NCBI GenBank assembly: GCA_016218805.1
Contig: JACRCW010000127.1
Location: forward strand, 1-51,156
From: Deltaproteobacteria bacterium
GTDB taxonomy: Bacteria > Myxococcota > JACRCW01
Length of the DNA: 51,156 bases
Reading direction: 5' to 3'
Position 1 is the first letter of the stretch. The number at the start of each line of letters is the position of its first letter. The notes below the pieces were generated by a model. That model had not been told where the DNA came from. It worked only from the letters and a program-made list of their open reading frames with translations, and made no database searches. Shown here piece by piece: positions 1 to 9,761 of this stretch. The translations under genes were made by a program, and so were the position numbers.

Positions 1-95
1 CTGCCTTCGGATTCCACTCCGCCGAAGCCCTCATTGCGCTGGCCTATGCCAAGTTCGGCGGACTCTGCCCGCCGCTGCCAACCATGCTCTCGTGA
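1..95 (+). CDS. ISL3-family transposase, C-terminal fragment (runs off the left edge)
   Basis: The frame starting at nt 3 reads AFGFHSAEALIALAYAKFGGLCPPLPTMLS*, matching the typical ISL3 tail 'AxGFHSxxALIAL...GGLxPxLP'. It is absent from the ORF track. Confidence 0.85.
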   Translation, partial: AFGFHSAEALIALAYAKFGGLCPPLPTMLS

Positions 96-137
96 TCCCA
101 TGCGTCAATTTCAACCCATTCGGAGTGCAGGAGGGCC
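1..137 (+). mobile_element. Right end of an ISL3-family IS
   Basis: The transposase tail is followed by ACCCATTCGGAGTGCAGGAGGGCC, resembling the ISL3 right IR (ACCCAC...GAAGAGCC). The next 8 bp (CAACGTTG, 138-145) are a candidate target duplication. Confidence 0.75.
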
Positions 138-472
138 CAACGTTGCTGGTGCTGGTCGCGGACGCCGGCGCGCCATCCATTCGGCTGCACGTGGTGGTCG
201 CCAGAATCACCGCAATGACAGTCCGAACGCCACCGCCCAAAAGCACCCTTTGTCGGCCGCATGCCCCACCTCCGCGGGACATCCTCCGCGTGCCGCATTC
301 TGCACGTCAAACCCACACTCACCCACGGACGTGACGCGTTGCGCCGCATTCCAACTTGACCCATCTACGCGGTTGCCACCACCGGGCGGGCCTTCATTCC
401 AACCTTGTCGGAGGTCCCCTGGTGACCAAACTTGATCGCAGTGCATCCGGTGCGCGCCATGGGTGGTGGGGC

Positions 473-592
473 CGGGAGATCCTCATTGACAGCCTTTACC
501 CGGAGCTTGCCAAGGGGAACCGTCAGCTGGCCGGCGAAGCGGACGACGACGGCGTCGCGGAGCCGGAACCGCAGCCGGGCACGCCGGGTTGA
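473..592 (+). pseudogene. Orphan 3' gene remnant with an acidic/Pro tail
   Basis: REILIDSLYPELAKGNRQLAGEADDDGVAEPEPQPGTPG* has coding-like high GC3 but no plausible start or upstream body. Confidence 0.45.
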
Positions 593-597
593 GGCCG

Positions 598-850
598 CCG
601 GAGCCTCCCGGAGACACCCGTCAACTCTGACGGGCCCAATCCGGAGCTTCCCGGACGCATCCGCCAAAGCTGACGGACCCATCCGGAGCCTCCCGGACGC
701 ATCCGCCAACCCTGACGGGCCAATCCGGAGCTTCCCGGAGGCACCCGTCAAACCTGACGGGCTGATCCGGAGGATCCCGCAGGCACCCGCAAACTCTGAC
801 GGACCCATCCGGAGCCTCCCGGAGGCACCCGCCAACTCTCACGGGTGGCC
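598..850. repeat. Tandem array of six ~42-bp units
   Basis: Units start at 598 (43 bp), 641, 683, 725, 767 and 809. Consensus is about CCGGAGCYTCCCGGASGCAYCCGYCAACYCTGACGGRCCMAT, with an internal CCCGTCA-N4-TGACGGG hairpin. Confidence 0.95.
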
Positions 851-924
851 CGGGGCGGCCCGGGCTGGGACCCGCCGCTGAAGCCAATGGCCCCGGGCCA
901 TCGCGGAACCCAATCGAGTCCCGT

Positions 925-2253
925 TCAGGTCATCAGTGTGCGCGCCAGGGCGCCCGCCTCCCGCAGCGCCTCGCCCAGGCCGGGCGGGCCCACTCCCATC
1001 ACGCTCACCCCCGGGCAGGCCACCAGGGCCCCCTGGAGCGCCTCGGCGCTGTGTGCGTGGCCCGGCGCGCGCTGCGGCAGCGCCTGGCGGCAGCGCGTCC
1101 CGTGCAGCAGGCGCGGCGCCTTGCGCAGGCCCAGCAGCAGGGTGACCTCGTCCGTGGCGCGGCGCAGCGCCTCATCCAGCGGTTCCTCCGCGCCGCCGCG
1201 AGCGCCGCCGGCCAGCGCGCGCAGCACCACCGTGTCCCGCGGCCCGTGGTGCGGGAACAGCGCGCGCGTGGGCGTCACACCCAGCACCGTGGTGCCCGCC
1301 GCGCGGGCCTCCGCCCCGGGCACCAGCACGGGCGCCGCGGTGCCCAGGCGCAGCACGCCGGGGACGTCCGCCTCCGGCAGGACCAGGTGCAGGACGTCCA
1401 CCGTGGCGTGCGGGATACCGCGCAGGAACCGTGCGGCGTCATCGCGCAGGGCGGGCCCCAGCAGCGCCGCGGCCTCCGCAGGCGGCGTGGCCAGCACCAC
1501 GTGGTCCGCCACCAGCGCGTCCCCGCCCTGCAGCGCCACCGTCCAGCCGGCGGCCTGCTTGCGCACCGCCCGCGCCCCGGTGCGCAGGCGCAGCACGGGC
1601 CCCAATGCGGCAGCCAACGCGTCCGGGAGCACCTGCATCCCGAGGTCAAACGAGTGCAGGCCCGCGTGCAGGGTCTGCCGGCCGTCCGGCAGCACCGCGT
1701 CCAGCAGGCGGCCGGTGCGCTCGCGCAGCGCGGGCACGCACGTGGCGGCGTCCAGCGCCGCGGCCTCCCCGCCAAACGCCTCCGCGGCCAAACCGTCCAC
1801 CAGGGTGTCCGCAAACTGCCGGCCCGCGCGGCGCGCCGCGTGGTCCCGCAGCGTCTCATCCCCGGCGGGCGCGCCGGCGGCGCGGTCCAGCCCCAGCAGC
1901 CCCCGCACCGACAGCATCCCCGACGCGAACAGCGCGCCCCGCCCCGCCGGGAAGCCGTGCAGGCGCCCGCGCCCCAGCACCCACCGCCGCTGCGCCGCCT
2001 CCGCCGCAGGGCGGAACGCGCGCGCCAGGCCCGTCTCGTCCACCAGCGCCCGCAACCCGGGCGCGTCTCCGGGGATCGTCAGCGGCCCGTGCTCACACAG
2101 CACGCCGTCCAGCCACTCCGAGCGGACAGCACCGCCCGCGCGGCCCGCGCGCTCCAGCAGCACCACCTCCACGCGGCCAGCGGCGTCGCGGCGGAGGCGG
2201 TGCGCGAGCACCAGCCCGCCCAACCCCGCGCCCACGACAACCACGCGCTTCAT
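925..2253 (-). CDS. hemY: Protoporphyrinogen/coproporphyrinogen oxidase (HemY type, FAD-dependent)
   Basis: N-terminal VVVVGAGLGGL dinucleotide-binding motif, E-x5-GG..RS...EHGP, 442 aa; overlaps the hemE stop. Confidence 0.85.
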   Translation of the reverse strand: MKRVVVVGAGLGGLVLAHRLRRDAAGRVEVVLLERAGRAGGAVRSEWLDGVLCEHGPLTIPGDAPGLRALVDETGLARAFRPAAEAAQRRWVLGRGRLHGFPAGRGALFASGMLSVRGLLGLDRAAGAPAGDETLRDHAARRAGRQFADTLVDGLAAEAFGGEAAALDAATCVPALRERTGRLLDAVLPDGRQTLHAGLHSFDLGMQVLPDALAAALGPVLRLRTGARAVRKQAAGWTVALQGGDALVADHVVLATPPAEAAALLGPALRDDAARFLRGIPHATVDVLHLVLPEADVPGVLRLGTAAPVLVPGAEARAAGTTVLGVTPTRALFPHHGPRDTVVLRALAGGARGGAEEPLDEALRRATDEVTLLLGLRKAPRLLHGTRCRQALPQRAPGHAHSAEALQGALVACPGVSVMGVGPPGLGEALREAGALARTLMT

Positions 2254-3284
2254 GGCCGGGCGCCCAGCTCGTGCACCATTTCCACGAACGCCCGTGCGTG
2301 CTCCGGCGGTGTCATGGGCAGGATGCCGTGGCCCAGGTTCACCACGTGCCCCGGGCGCCCCGCGTTGTCATCCAACAGGCCCTTCACCTTGCGGCGCAGC
2401 GTGTCCTGGCTGCCCAGCAGCGCGCACGGGTCCAGGTTGCCCTGCACCGCCTGCCGTTCGCCCAGCACGGAGCGGGCCCAGCCCAATGGCGTGCGCCAGT
2501 CCAACCCCACCACGTCCGCGCCGCAGCGTTGGATCTCCGGCAACTGCGTGCCCCCATCCAACACAAAGTAGATCCGCGGCACGCCGGCGTCCTTCATCCC
2601 GTCCAGGATGCGCCTGGCATACGGCGCGGCGAATTCCCGGAAATCATCCGGCGCCAGGTGCCCGCCCCAGCTGTCAAACACCTGGATGGCGCGCGCACCG
2701 GCGGCCACCTGCGCGCGCAGGTAGCGCAGCTGCGTCTCGGTGATCTTCTCCAGCGCGCGGTGCACCAGGTCCGGGCGCGTGTACATCATGCGCTTGGTGT
2801 TCTCGAAGTTGCGGCTGCTGCCGCCCTCCACCATGTAACTCAGCAGCGTGTACGGCGCGCCGGCAAACCCAATGAGTGGAACGCGCCCGCCCAGCGCCTT
2901 CACCGTGAGGCGAATGGCCTCCAGCACAAACCCCGTCCGGTCCTGCGGGTCCGGGATGGTCAGCGCGTCCACGGCCTTCTCGTCGCGGATGGGGTCCGGG
3001 AAACCCGGGCCGTGGTCGTCAAACACCAGCTTCATGCCCATGGCTTCCACGGGGATGAGGATGTCGCTGAAGATGATCGCCGCGTCCACGCCCAGGATGT
3101 CCACCGGCTGGAGGGTGACCTCAGCGGCCCACTCCGGCGTCTTGCACAGGCCCAGGAAGTCCGTGCGCGCGCGCACCTTCTGGTACTCCGGCAGGTAGCG
3201 GCCCGCCTGGCGCATGAGCCACACCGGCGGCGCATCCACCTGCTCGCCCCTGCACGCCTGAAGGAAACGTTCCGCCCGTGCCAT
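2250..3284 (-). CDS. hemE: Uroporphyrinogen decarboxylase
   Basis: PVWLMRQAGRYLPEY, FSDIL and NLGHGILP motifs; ATG at 3284 with a GGAGG RBS. Confidence 0.97.
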   Translation of the reverse strand: MARAERFLQACRGEQVDAPPVWLMRQAGRYLPEYQKVRARTDFLGLCKTPEWAAEVTLQPVDILGVDAAIIFSDILIPVEAMGMKLVFDDHGPGFPDPIRDEKAVDALTIPDPQDRTGFVLEAIRLTVKALGGRVPLIGFAGAPYTLLSYMVEGGSSRNFENTKRMMYTRPDLVHRALEKITETQLRYLRAQVAAGARAIQVFDSWGGHLAPDDFREFAAPYARRILDGMKDAGVPRIYFVLDGGTQLPEIQRCGADVVGLDWRTPLGWARSVLGERQAVQGNLDPCALLGSQDTLRRKVKGLLDDNAGRPGHVVNLGHGILPMTPPEHARAFVEMVHELGARP

Positions 3285-3306
3285 GGTTGCCTCCGTCCAC
3301 GACGGT

Positions 3307-4617
3307 TCAGTTGATGCCGGTCCCGATGCGCTTCCAGCGGATGGACGGGAATCCGTCACGCGTCTCCGCGGGGCGCACGCTCATCCAGATGAACATGGCG
3401 CGGCCCTTGATGGACTGCAGCGGCACCGCGCCCCACTTGCGGCTGTCCTGGCTGTTGTCGCGGTTGTCGCCCATGCAGAACACGTAGCCCGGCAGGATCT
3501 CGCACTCCTCCGCGTTGCACTTCACACCCTTGACCACAGGTGAGTAGTCCAACCCCGTCGGGAAATCGTGCTCGCCAAAGTCCTGGTACAGCACGCTGTG
3601 CTTCACCCCGGCGGTGTCTTCCACGTAGTGCGCCGCCGTGCGCCGCACCATGGAGCCGCCCCAATCCGCGCCGTCTTCATACTGCAGCGGCTGCCCGCCC
3701 TCCCGCGGGTAGGGATTCCCATCCACGTGCAGCACACCGTCCTTGAGCTTCACCTTCTGGCCGGCCACCGCCACCACGCGTTTGATGAAGTCCTCGCCGG
3801 CGTTGGTGGCGGGCTCCGGGGCAATGAACACAATGACGTCCCCCGGCTGCGGTGCGCGCCAGGTGAACAGCTTGCGCGGCGGGTTGGTGAACGGGATGGA
3901 CACCCCGTACACAAACTTGTTGACAAAGATGTGGTCCCCAATCTCCAGCGTGGGAATCATGCTCCCGGACGGGATCTTGAACGCCTCCAGCACAAACATG
4001 CGCAGCAGCAGCGCAATGGCCAGCGCCCCGCCGATGCTCTCGGCAAAATCACGCAAAATGCCTTTGCGCTTGCGGTGCAGCACCTCGTCGCTGGTGCGCT
4101 CCAACTCCGCCAGCCGCTCCTCCATGGCGGCGGGGTCCTCCGCCTCCAGCGCGTCCTGCAGCGCGTCCATGCCGCGGTCCAGCGCACCCAGCGCGTCCAC
4201 GGAGAGCTTGCGCTGCGCGCGGTCCCGCGCACGGGCCACGTCCCGCAGGAACGGCCAGCCAAATCGCCGCGCGCGCAGCTTGCGGGCGTTGCCGCGGTCC
4301 AGCAGGTTTTCGTCCAGCAGCGGCCCCAGCCACGCCACCGCAAAATACAGGATGGTGATCACCACCAGCACCGGGAAGATGGCCCCGCCGGCCCCGGTCA
4401 GCACGTCGGACGGACCGCGCCGCAGCCACAGCCAGCTGGCGCCGCCGCCCAGCAGCAGCGCCACCCATTGCCCCACCGTGTACCGGTCTGACCCTTTGGG
4501 CTGCCGGTCCTTGGCTGCGGCCCCAGGCCTGGCCGCGGCCGGGGCGGAGGGGTCCACGCGCGGCGGCGGGACCGGTGTGGTGGGGGAAACCTCGGGCTTG
4601 TCCGATTCTGCGTTCAC
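3307..4617 (-). CDS. lepB: Signal peptidase I with a long N-terminal extension
   Basis: [10 protein letters not shown] (catalytic Ser), DFIKRV (Lys), [18 protein letters not shown] overlap with the lepA stop. Confidence 0.95.
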   Translation of the reverse strand: MNAESDKPEVSPTTPVPPPRVDPSAPAAARPGAAAKDRQPKGSDRYTVGQWVALLLGGGASWLWLRRGPSDVLTGAGGAIFPVLVVITILYFAVAWLGPLLDENLLDRGNARKLRARRFGWPFLRDVARARDRAQRKLSVDALGALDRGMDALQDALEAEDPAAMEERLAELERTSDEVLHRKRKGILRDFAESIGGALAIALLLRMFVLEAFKIPSGSMIPTLEIGDHIFVNKFVYGVSIPFTNPPRKLFTWRAPQPGDVIVFIAPEPATNAGEDFIKRVVAVAGQKVKLKDGVLHVDGNPYPREGGQPLQYEDGADWGGSMVRRTAAHYVEDTAGVKHSVLYQDFGEHDFPTGLDYSPVVKGVKCNAEECEILPGYVFCMGDNRDNSQDSRKWGAVPLQSIKGRAMFIWMSVRPAETRDGFPSIRWKRIGTGIN

Positions 4618-6410
4618 GTGACCTTCAGCACCGCCAGGAAGGCCTCCTGCGGTATCTCCACGCTGCCCACCTGCTTCATGCGCTTCTTGCCTTCCTTCTG
4701 CCGCTCCAACAGCTTGCGCTTGCGCGTGATGTCACCGCCGTAGCACTTGGCGGTGACGTCCTTGCGCAGCGCGGAGAGCGTCTCCCGCGCAATGACCTTG
4801 TTTCCAATGGCCGCCTGGATGGCCACCTGGTACTGCTGCTTGGGAATCAACTCTTTCATTTTCTCGCACAGGTCCCGGCCGCGCTGGTAGCTGCGCTCCT
4901 TGTGCACAATGGTGCTGAGCGCGTCCACGGTGTCGCCGTTGACCATCAGGTCCAGCTTCACCAGGTCAGACGGCTGGTAGCCTTCAGACTCGTAGTCCAA
5001 TGACGCGTAACCGCGGCTGTGCGTCTTGAGCTTGTCAAAGAAGTCAAACACCACCTCCGCCAGCGGCATGTGGTAGGTGATGATCACGCGCTGCGCGGTG
5101 ACGTATTGGATGCCCTTCTGCCGGCCGCGGCGCTCTTCACACAGCTTGATGACCGCGCCCACGTACTCCGCCGGCGAATGGATGCGCGCCTCAATGATGG
5201 GCTCCTCCAACCGGTCAATGCGGGTGGCGTCCGGCATCTTGGAGGGGTTGTCCACCATCAGCGTCTCGCCGGTGACGGTGATGACCTTGTAGACCACGGT
5301 GGGCGCGGTGATGAGCAGGTTGAGGTTGAACTCGCGCTCCAGGCGCTCCTGCACAATGTCCATGTGCAGCAGGCCCAGAAACCCGCAGCGGAACCCAAAC
5401 CCCAGCGCGGTGGACGTCTCCGGCTCATACGCCAGCGAACTGTCATTGAGGCGCAGCTTCTGGATGGCGTCCCGCAGCTGCTCGTAGTCCTCCGCCTCCA
5501 CCGGGTAGATGCCGGCAAACACGGTGGGCTTGACCTCCTTGAAGCCGGGCAGCGGCGCCTTGGCGGGGTTGTCGTCGTACGTGATGGTGTCACCCACCCG
5601 CGCGTCAGACACCTCCTTGATGTTGGCGACGACAAAGCCCACGTCGCCGGGCCCCAGCACATCAATGGGACGCGGGTGCGGGTGGAACGCGCCCAGCTCC
5701 ATCACCTGGAAGTTCTTTGCGTTGTGCATCAGCCGCACGCGGGTGCCTTTCTGGATCTTCCCGTGCACCACCCGCACCAGCACCACCACGCCGCGGTAGT
5801 TGTCAAACCACGAGTCGAAAATCAGCGCCTGCAAGGGTCCGTTCTCGTCACCCGTGGGGGGCGGCACCCGCGCGACGATGGCCTCCAGGATCTCATGGAT
5901 GCCCTTGCCCTCCTTGGCGCTGGCCGGCACCGCGTTGGACGCATCCAGGCCAATGGTGTCCTCAATCTGCTTCTTGGTTCCCTCCACGTCCGCGCCGGGC
6001 AGATCAATCTTGTTGATGACCGGCACCACCTCCAGGTTGTTGTCCAGCGCCTGGTAGACGTTGGCCAGTGTCTGCGCTTCCACGCCCTGGGACGCGTCCA
6101 CCACCAGCAGCGCCCCCTCGCACGCCGCCAGGCTGCGGGACACCTCGTAGCCAAAGTCTACGTGGCCCGGCGTGTCAATGAGGTTGAGGACGTATTCGCT
6201 GCCGTTGTCCGCGGTGTAGCGCAGCCGCACCGCCTGGGCCTTGATGGTGATGCCGCGTTCGCGTTCCAGGTCCATCTTGTCCAGCACCTGGTCCACCATT
6301 TCGCGCTTGGTGAGCGCGCCGCACGTCTCCAGGATGCGGTCTGACAACGTGGTCTTGCCGTGATCAATATGGGCAATGATGGAGAAGTTCCTGATGTGCG
6401 ACTGGTCCAT
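4614..6410 (-). CDS. lepA: Translation elongation factor 4
   Basis: [26 protein letters not shown] and [15 protein letters not shown] motifs; ATG at 6410. Confidence 0.98.
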   Translation of the reverse strand: MDQSHIRNFSIIAHIDHGKTTLSDRILETCGALTKREMVDQVLDKMDLERERGITIKAQAVRLRYTADNGSEYVLNLIDTPGHVDFGYEVSRSLAACEGALLVVDASQGVEAQTLANVYQALDNNLEVVPVINKIDLPGADVEGTKKQIEDTIGLDASNAVPASAKEGKGIHEILEAIVARVPPPTGDENGPLQALIFDSWFDNYRGVVVLVRVVHGKIQKGTRVRLMHNAKNFQVMELGAFHPHPRPIDVLGPGDVGFVVANIKEVSDARVGDTITYDDNPAKAPLPGFKEVKPTVFAGIYPVEAEDYEQLRDAIQKLRLNDSSLAYEPETSTALGFGFRCGFLGLLHMDIVQERLEREFNLNLLITAPTVVYKVITVTGETLMVDNPSKMPDATRIDRLEEPIIEARIHSPAEYVGAVIKLCEERRGRQKGIQYVTAQRVIITYHMPLAEVVFDFFDKLKTHSRGYASLDYESEGYQPSDLVKLDLMVNGDTVDALSTIVHKERSYQRGRDLCEKMKELIPKQQYQVAIQAAIGNKVIARETLSALRKDVTAKCYGGDITRKRKLLERQKEGKKRMKQVGSVEIPQEAFLAVLKVT

Positions 6411-6518
6411 CCTGCCTGCTCCCAACGTGACGTGAACCGGGGGGGGCGCCCTTGTAGCGAGCACCGCGTCACATGCCAACGCCCCGGCGGGGGACGCGCG
6501 CCAACGTCGGCGGGCGCG

Positions 6519-6701
6519 CTACTTGAGGTCCGTTAAAGACAGCTGCCCGGGCAGCTGCTCCTTGTACTTCTCCAGCACCAGGTCGATGCCCTGGCGGATG
6601 TACTCGGAGACCGGGACCTTGGTCTTGTCGTTGAGGATCTTGAGCATCTCGTTCTGCTCAGGGGTGATGTAGATGGTGGTGCTGATCTTCTTGCGAGGCA
6701 T
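6519..6701 (-). CDS. Small ribbon-helix-helix DNA-binding protein (60 aa)
   Basis: MPRKKISTTIYITPEQNEMLKILNDKTKVPVSEYIRQGIDLVL shows a beta-strand followed by two helices (RHH pattern). Confidence 0.85.
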   Translation of the reverse strand: MPRKKISTTIYITPEQNEMLKILNDKTKVPVSEYIRQGIDLVLEKYKEQLPGQLSLTDLK

Positions 6702-6976
6702 GGCCCCATTCCCCTGGCATCTGGACAAACGCGGCGAGACGGAGGCTCCGTGACGCGGGGGCCGTGTAACTGACCATACATCTATGGTCAAGCGTTGCGT
6801 GGCCCGCGCCGCGCTCGTCAGCAACTATTTGAAAGACAATGTGAATCCAGACGGTCATCCCCCGCCCGTGAGACGGGTCACACTGGAACGAAAGCTTGCT
6901 CCTGGGGCCCACATGCGGCGAGGATGACCACCCTCCGGCGCCAGACCAGCCGGAGTTCAACCAACGGGAGACGACG

Positions 6977-7291
6977 ATGAAGAAGCTTGCATTGGCGCTG
7001 GTGCTGGCGTCCGCCGCGGTGATGGGCTGCAACAAGGAAGCTGGCGGCGGCGGTGGTGGCGGTGGCGGCGGTGGCGGTGGCGAAATCGGCGTGAAGGAAT
7101 GCGACGACTACATCGCCAAGGTGCAGGGCTGCATGGGCAAGATGGCCCCCGAGGCCAAGGCCGCGCAGGAGAATGCGTTCAAGCAGACCAAGGACGCCTG
7201 GAAGCAGGCAGCGGCCACGCCGGAAGGCAAGGCGGGCCTGGCCAACGGCTGCAAGATGGCCATGGACGCGGCCAAGAGCTGGTGCCCGTGA
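6977..7291 (+). CDS. Small lipoprotein with a poly-Gly tether and a 4-Cys helical domain
   Basis: MKKLALALVLASAAVMGC lipobox, Gly run, ECDDYIAKVQGC...GCK...WC; GGGAG RBS. Confidence 0.85.
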   Translation: MKKLALALVLASAAVMGCNKEAGGGGGGGGGGGGGEIGVKECDDYIAKVQGCMGKMAPEAKAAQENAFKQTKDAWKQAAATPEGKAGLANGCKMAMDAAKSWCP

Positions 7292-7332
7292 TCGCCTGAC
7301 AGACCGGACCTCTCCGACGTGGAGAGACCTCC

Positions 7333-7358
7333 ACCCGCCGCCCGCCCTGAGTGACTGT

Positions 7359-7377
<19 letters not shown>
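7333..7377. terminator. Imperfect GC-rich hairpin between convergent genes
   Basis: ACCCGCCGCCCGCCCTGA ... TCAGGGGGCGGGCGCGGGT, plus a smaller CTCTCC/GGAGAG stem at 7310-7326; no U-tract. Confidence 0.35.
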
Positions 7378-7814
<437 letters not shown>

Positions 7815-7817
7815 GGC

Positions 7818-8225
7818 TCACTCCTCCTTCTGTTCGGCCGCGGCCAGGGCCAGGCGCCGCGCGCCCGCCTTGTGCAGGTCATCCAGCACGGATTTCACGT
7901 CCTTGTACTTGAGGCGCCGGTCGCCTTTGACGTGGATGGCAATGTCCGGGTTGGCGGCAATGACGCGCCCCATGACGGCGGGGAGGTGCTCGCGCGGGAG
8001 GACTTCGCTGCCCAGCAGCAGCGTCTTGTCCGCGTTGATGGTGAGGGTCACCGGGGCCGGGTTCTGCTTGACCGCCTCCACCGCGGAGGCGCGCGGCAGC
8101 TCCAGCGCGCGGTTGCGCATCAGCGGGGTCACCACCATGAAGATGATGAGCAGGACCAGCACCACGTCCACCAGCGGGGTGACGTTGAGTTCACTGCGAA
8201 GCCCGCCGGTGCTGTCCGCCTTCAC
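7818..8225 (-). CDS. exbD: ExbD/TolR family protein
   Basis: LNVTPLVDVVLVLLIIFMVVTP and KGDRRLKY; GTG start overlaps the exbB stop. Confidence 0.93.
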   Translation of the reverse strand: MKADSTGGLRSELNVTPLVDVVLVLLIIFMVVTPLMRNRALELPRASAVEAVKQNPAPVTLTINADKTLLLGSEVLPREHLPAVMGRVIAANPDIAIHVKGDRRLKYKDVKSVLDDLHKAGARRLALAAAEQKEE

Positions 8226-8917
8226 GCGGTCTTCTCCGCGTCCCGCCGGCCCATGTTCTTGATGATGAAGTCCAGCGCTTCGCTGCCCGCGTGCCGCAGG
8301 TCCACGCCGAACACGTCCACGCGCGCCATGAAGTAGTTGAAGAACCACACGGCCGGCAGCGCCACCAGGATGCCAAAGGCCGTGGTGACCAGCGCCTCCG
8401 CAATGCCGGGCGCCACCGTGGCCAGATCCCCCTGCCCGGACACGCCAATGGCGCGGAAGCTGTTGATGATGCCAAACGTGGTCCCAAACAACCCCACAAA
8501 CGGCGAACTGGACGAAATGGAAGCCAGTCCGCCCAGGCCGCGGCGCAGCCGGCTGAGCTCCATCTCCACGGTGCGGTCCACCGCGCGCTCCGCGGCTTCC
8601 ACAATGTCATAGGTGGCACCGGCCTCATGCGCCTTGAGGCCCTCCTGGTGCTCGTTCACGGCGCTGACCACCACGGTGGCCAGCGGGCTGCGCGGGTAGC
8701 GTGCACCGGCGGTCACCACGTCCGCAAACAGGCGTGATTGGAACAGCTTGGACGCCTCCTCGCCGAATCTCAGGCTTTCGGCGCGCGCGGCGCGGAAGCG
8801 CAGGAAGCGCTCGCTCACAATGGTGGCGGCCCAGACGCTCATGATGAACAGCGTGGCCAGGACCGCGCGGGCCACCCAGCCCATATGACCCCAGATTTCG
8901 CCCCAATCAAATGACAT
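8222..8917 (-). CDS. exbB: MotA/TolQ/ExbB proton channel protein
   Basis: SPFVGLFGTTFGII and GIAEALVTTAFGILVALPA motifs. Confidence 0.93.
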   Translation of the reverse strand: MSFDWGEIWGHMGWVARAVLATLFIMSVWAATIVSERFLRFRAARAESLRFGEEASKLFQSRLFADVVTAGARYPRSPLATVVVSAVNEHQEGLKAHEAGATYDIVEAAERAVDRTVEMELSRLRRGLGGLASISSSSPFVGLFGTTFGIINSFRAIGVSGQGDLATVAPGIAEALVTTAFGILVALPAVWFFNYFMARVDVFGVDLRHAGSEALDFIIKNMGRRDAEKTA

Positions 8918-8923
8918 GGTTGC

Positions 8924-9751
8924 TCAGCCTCCTTGTCCAGTTATCCTGAAGTCTACGGGCTGCGGGACGAACGCCGCCTTGGCGACGCCCGATTTCGTGC
9001 GGGCTGGTTCGTATTTCCACTGTTTGACCGCCTCCACAGCTGCTGCGGCCAGCAGGGCGGGACCTGACAGCACCCTCACGTCCGCCACGTTGCCAAAACG
9101 GTCCAGCACCACCATCAACATCACGCGCCCCTCCAGGCGCTGTTCCTTCGCCAGCCGCGGGTAGATGGGCGGCTTCTGAGTGCTCTTGATGACGCGGGCC
9201 GGTATGTCCTCCTTGGTGAGTCGCGTCGGCACGTCAGGGTTGAAGGCGGGTTTCGGCGGGGGCGGTGGTGCGTTGCCCTCACCTCCCAGCACGCCGCCCA
9301 GCTTCCCGCCCAATACCCCACCCACCACCCCGCCCACCACGCCACCCTGCACGCCGCCCACTTGGCCGCCTTCCTGGCCGCCGGGCTGTTCCGGCTCGTC
9401 GGGTTCCTCGGGTTCGGGCTCCGGTTCCTCCTTGGGCGGGTCCGGTTCCTTGGGCTTCTCTTCCGGCTTCTCCTGCTTCACCGGCGCGCGGATCACGTCC
9501 GGCTGCGGCGTGGGGGCCTTGGCCACCTTCTTCTTGCGCGCGCCTCCCGGTGGGGGCGGTGGCGGCGGCGGGGGCGGCGGCGGCGCATTGTAGAAGACTA
9601 CCGGCACCACCACGTTCTCCACCACGCCGCTGCCCGCCGTCACCAGCACCGCAAGGGCAATCACGCCCACGTGCACGCTGATGGAGGCCGCGGACGCCGC
9701 CACGCGGCGGCGGCCCAGCTTCTCGCGCGAACGGCCGAATCCATCAAACAT
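8924..9751 (-). CDS. tonB: Energy transducer TonB
   Basis: TM helix with SISVH, Pro/Glu/Lys spacer, GGVxGG repeats, C-terminal YP..A...EGRV...AVKQWKYEPA. Confidence 0.93.
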   Translation of the reverse strand: MFDGFGRSREKLGRRRVAASAASISVHVGVIALAVLVTAGSGVVENVVVPVVFYNAPPPPPPPPPPPPGGARKKKVAKAPTPQPDVIRAPVKQEKPEEKPKEPDPPKEEPEPEPEEPDEPEQPGGQEGGQVGGVQGGVVGGVVGGVLGGKLGGVLGGEGNAPPPPPKPAFNPDVPTRLTKEDIPARVIKSTQKPPIYPRLAKEQRLEGRVMLMVVLDRFGNVADVRVLSGPALLAAAAVEAVKQWKYEPARTKSGVAKAAFVPQPVDFRITGQGG

Positions 9752-9761
9752 GCGGGAGCAA

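Noticed and set aside
450..459. Copy of the hemY 3' region (GTGCGCGCCA, also at 938-947)
   Set aside because: Only 10 GC-rich bases match, which is expected by chance.
598..850. CRISPR array
   Set aside because: The units are contiguous with no unique spacers, and no cas genes are nearby.
6519..6701. CdbA/CdbB c-di-GMP-binding nucleoid protein
   Set aside because: It is an RHH protein but lacks the RKQSLYFP...RQDRSLSW signature I recall for CdbA.
6883..6900. Sigma54 promoter CTGGAACGAAAGCTTGCT
   Set aside because: GG-to-GC spacing is 11 nt rather than the required 10.
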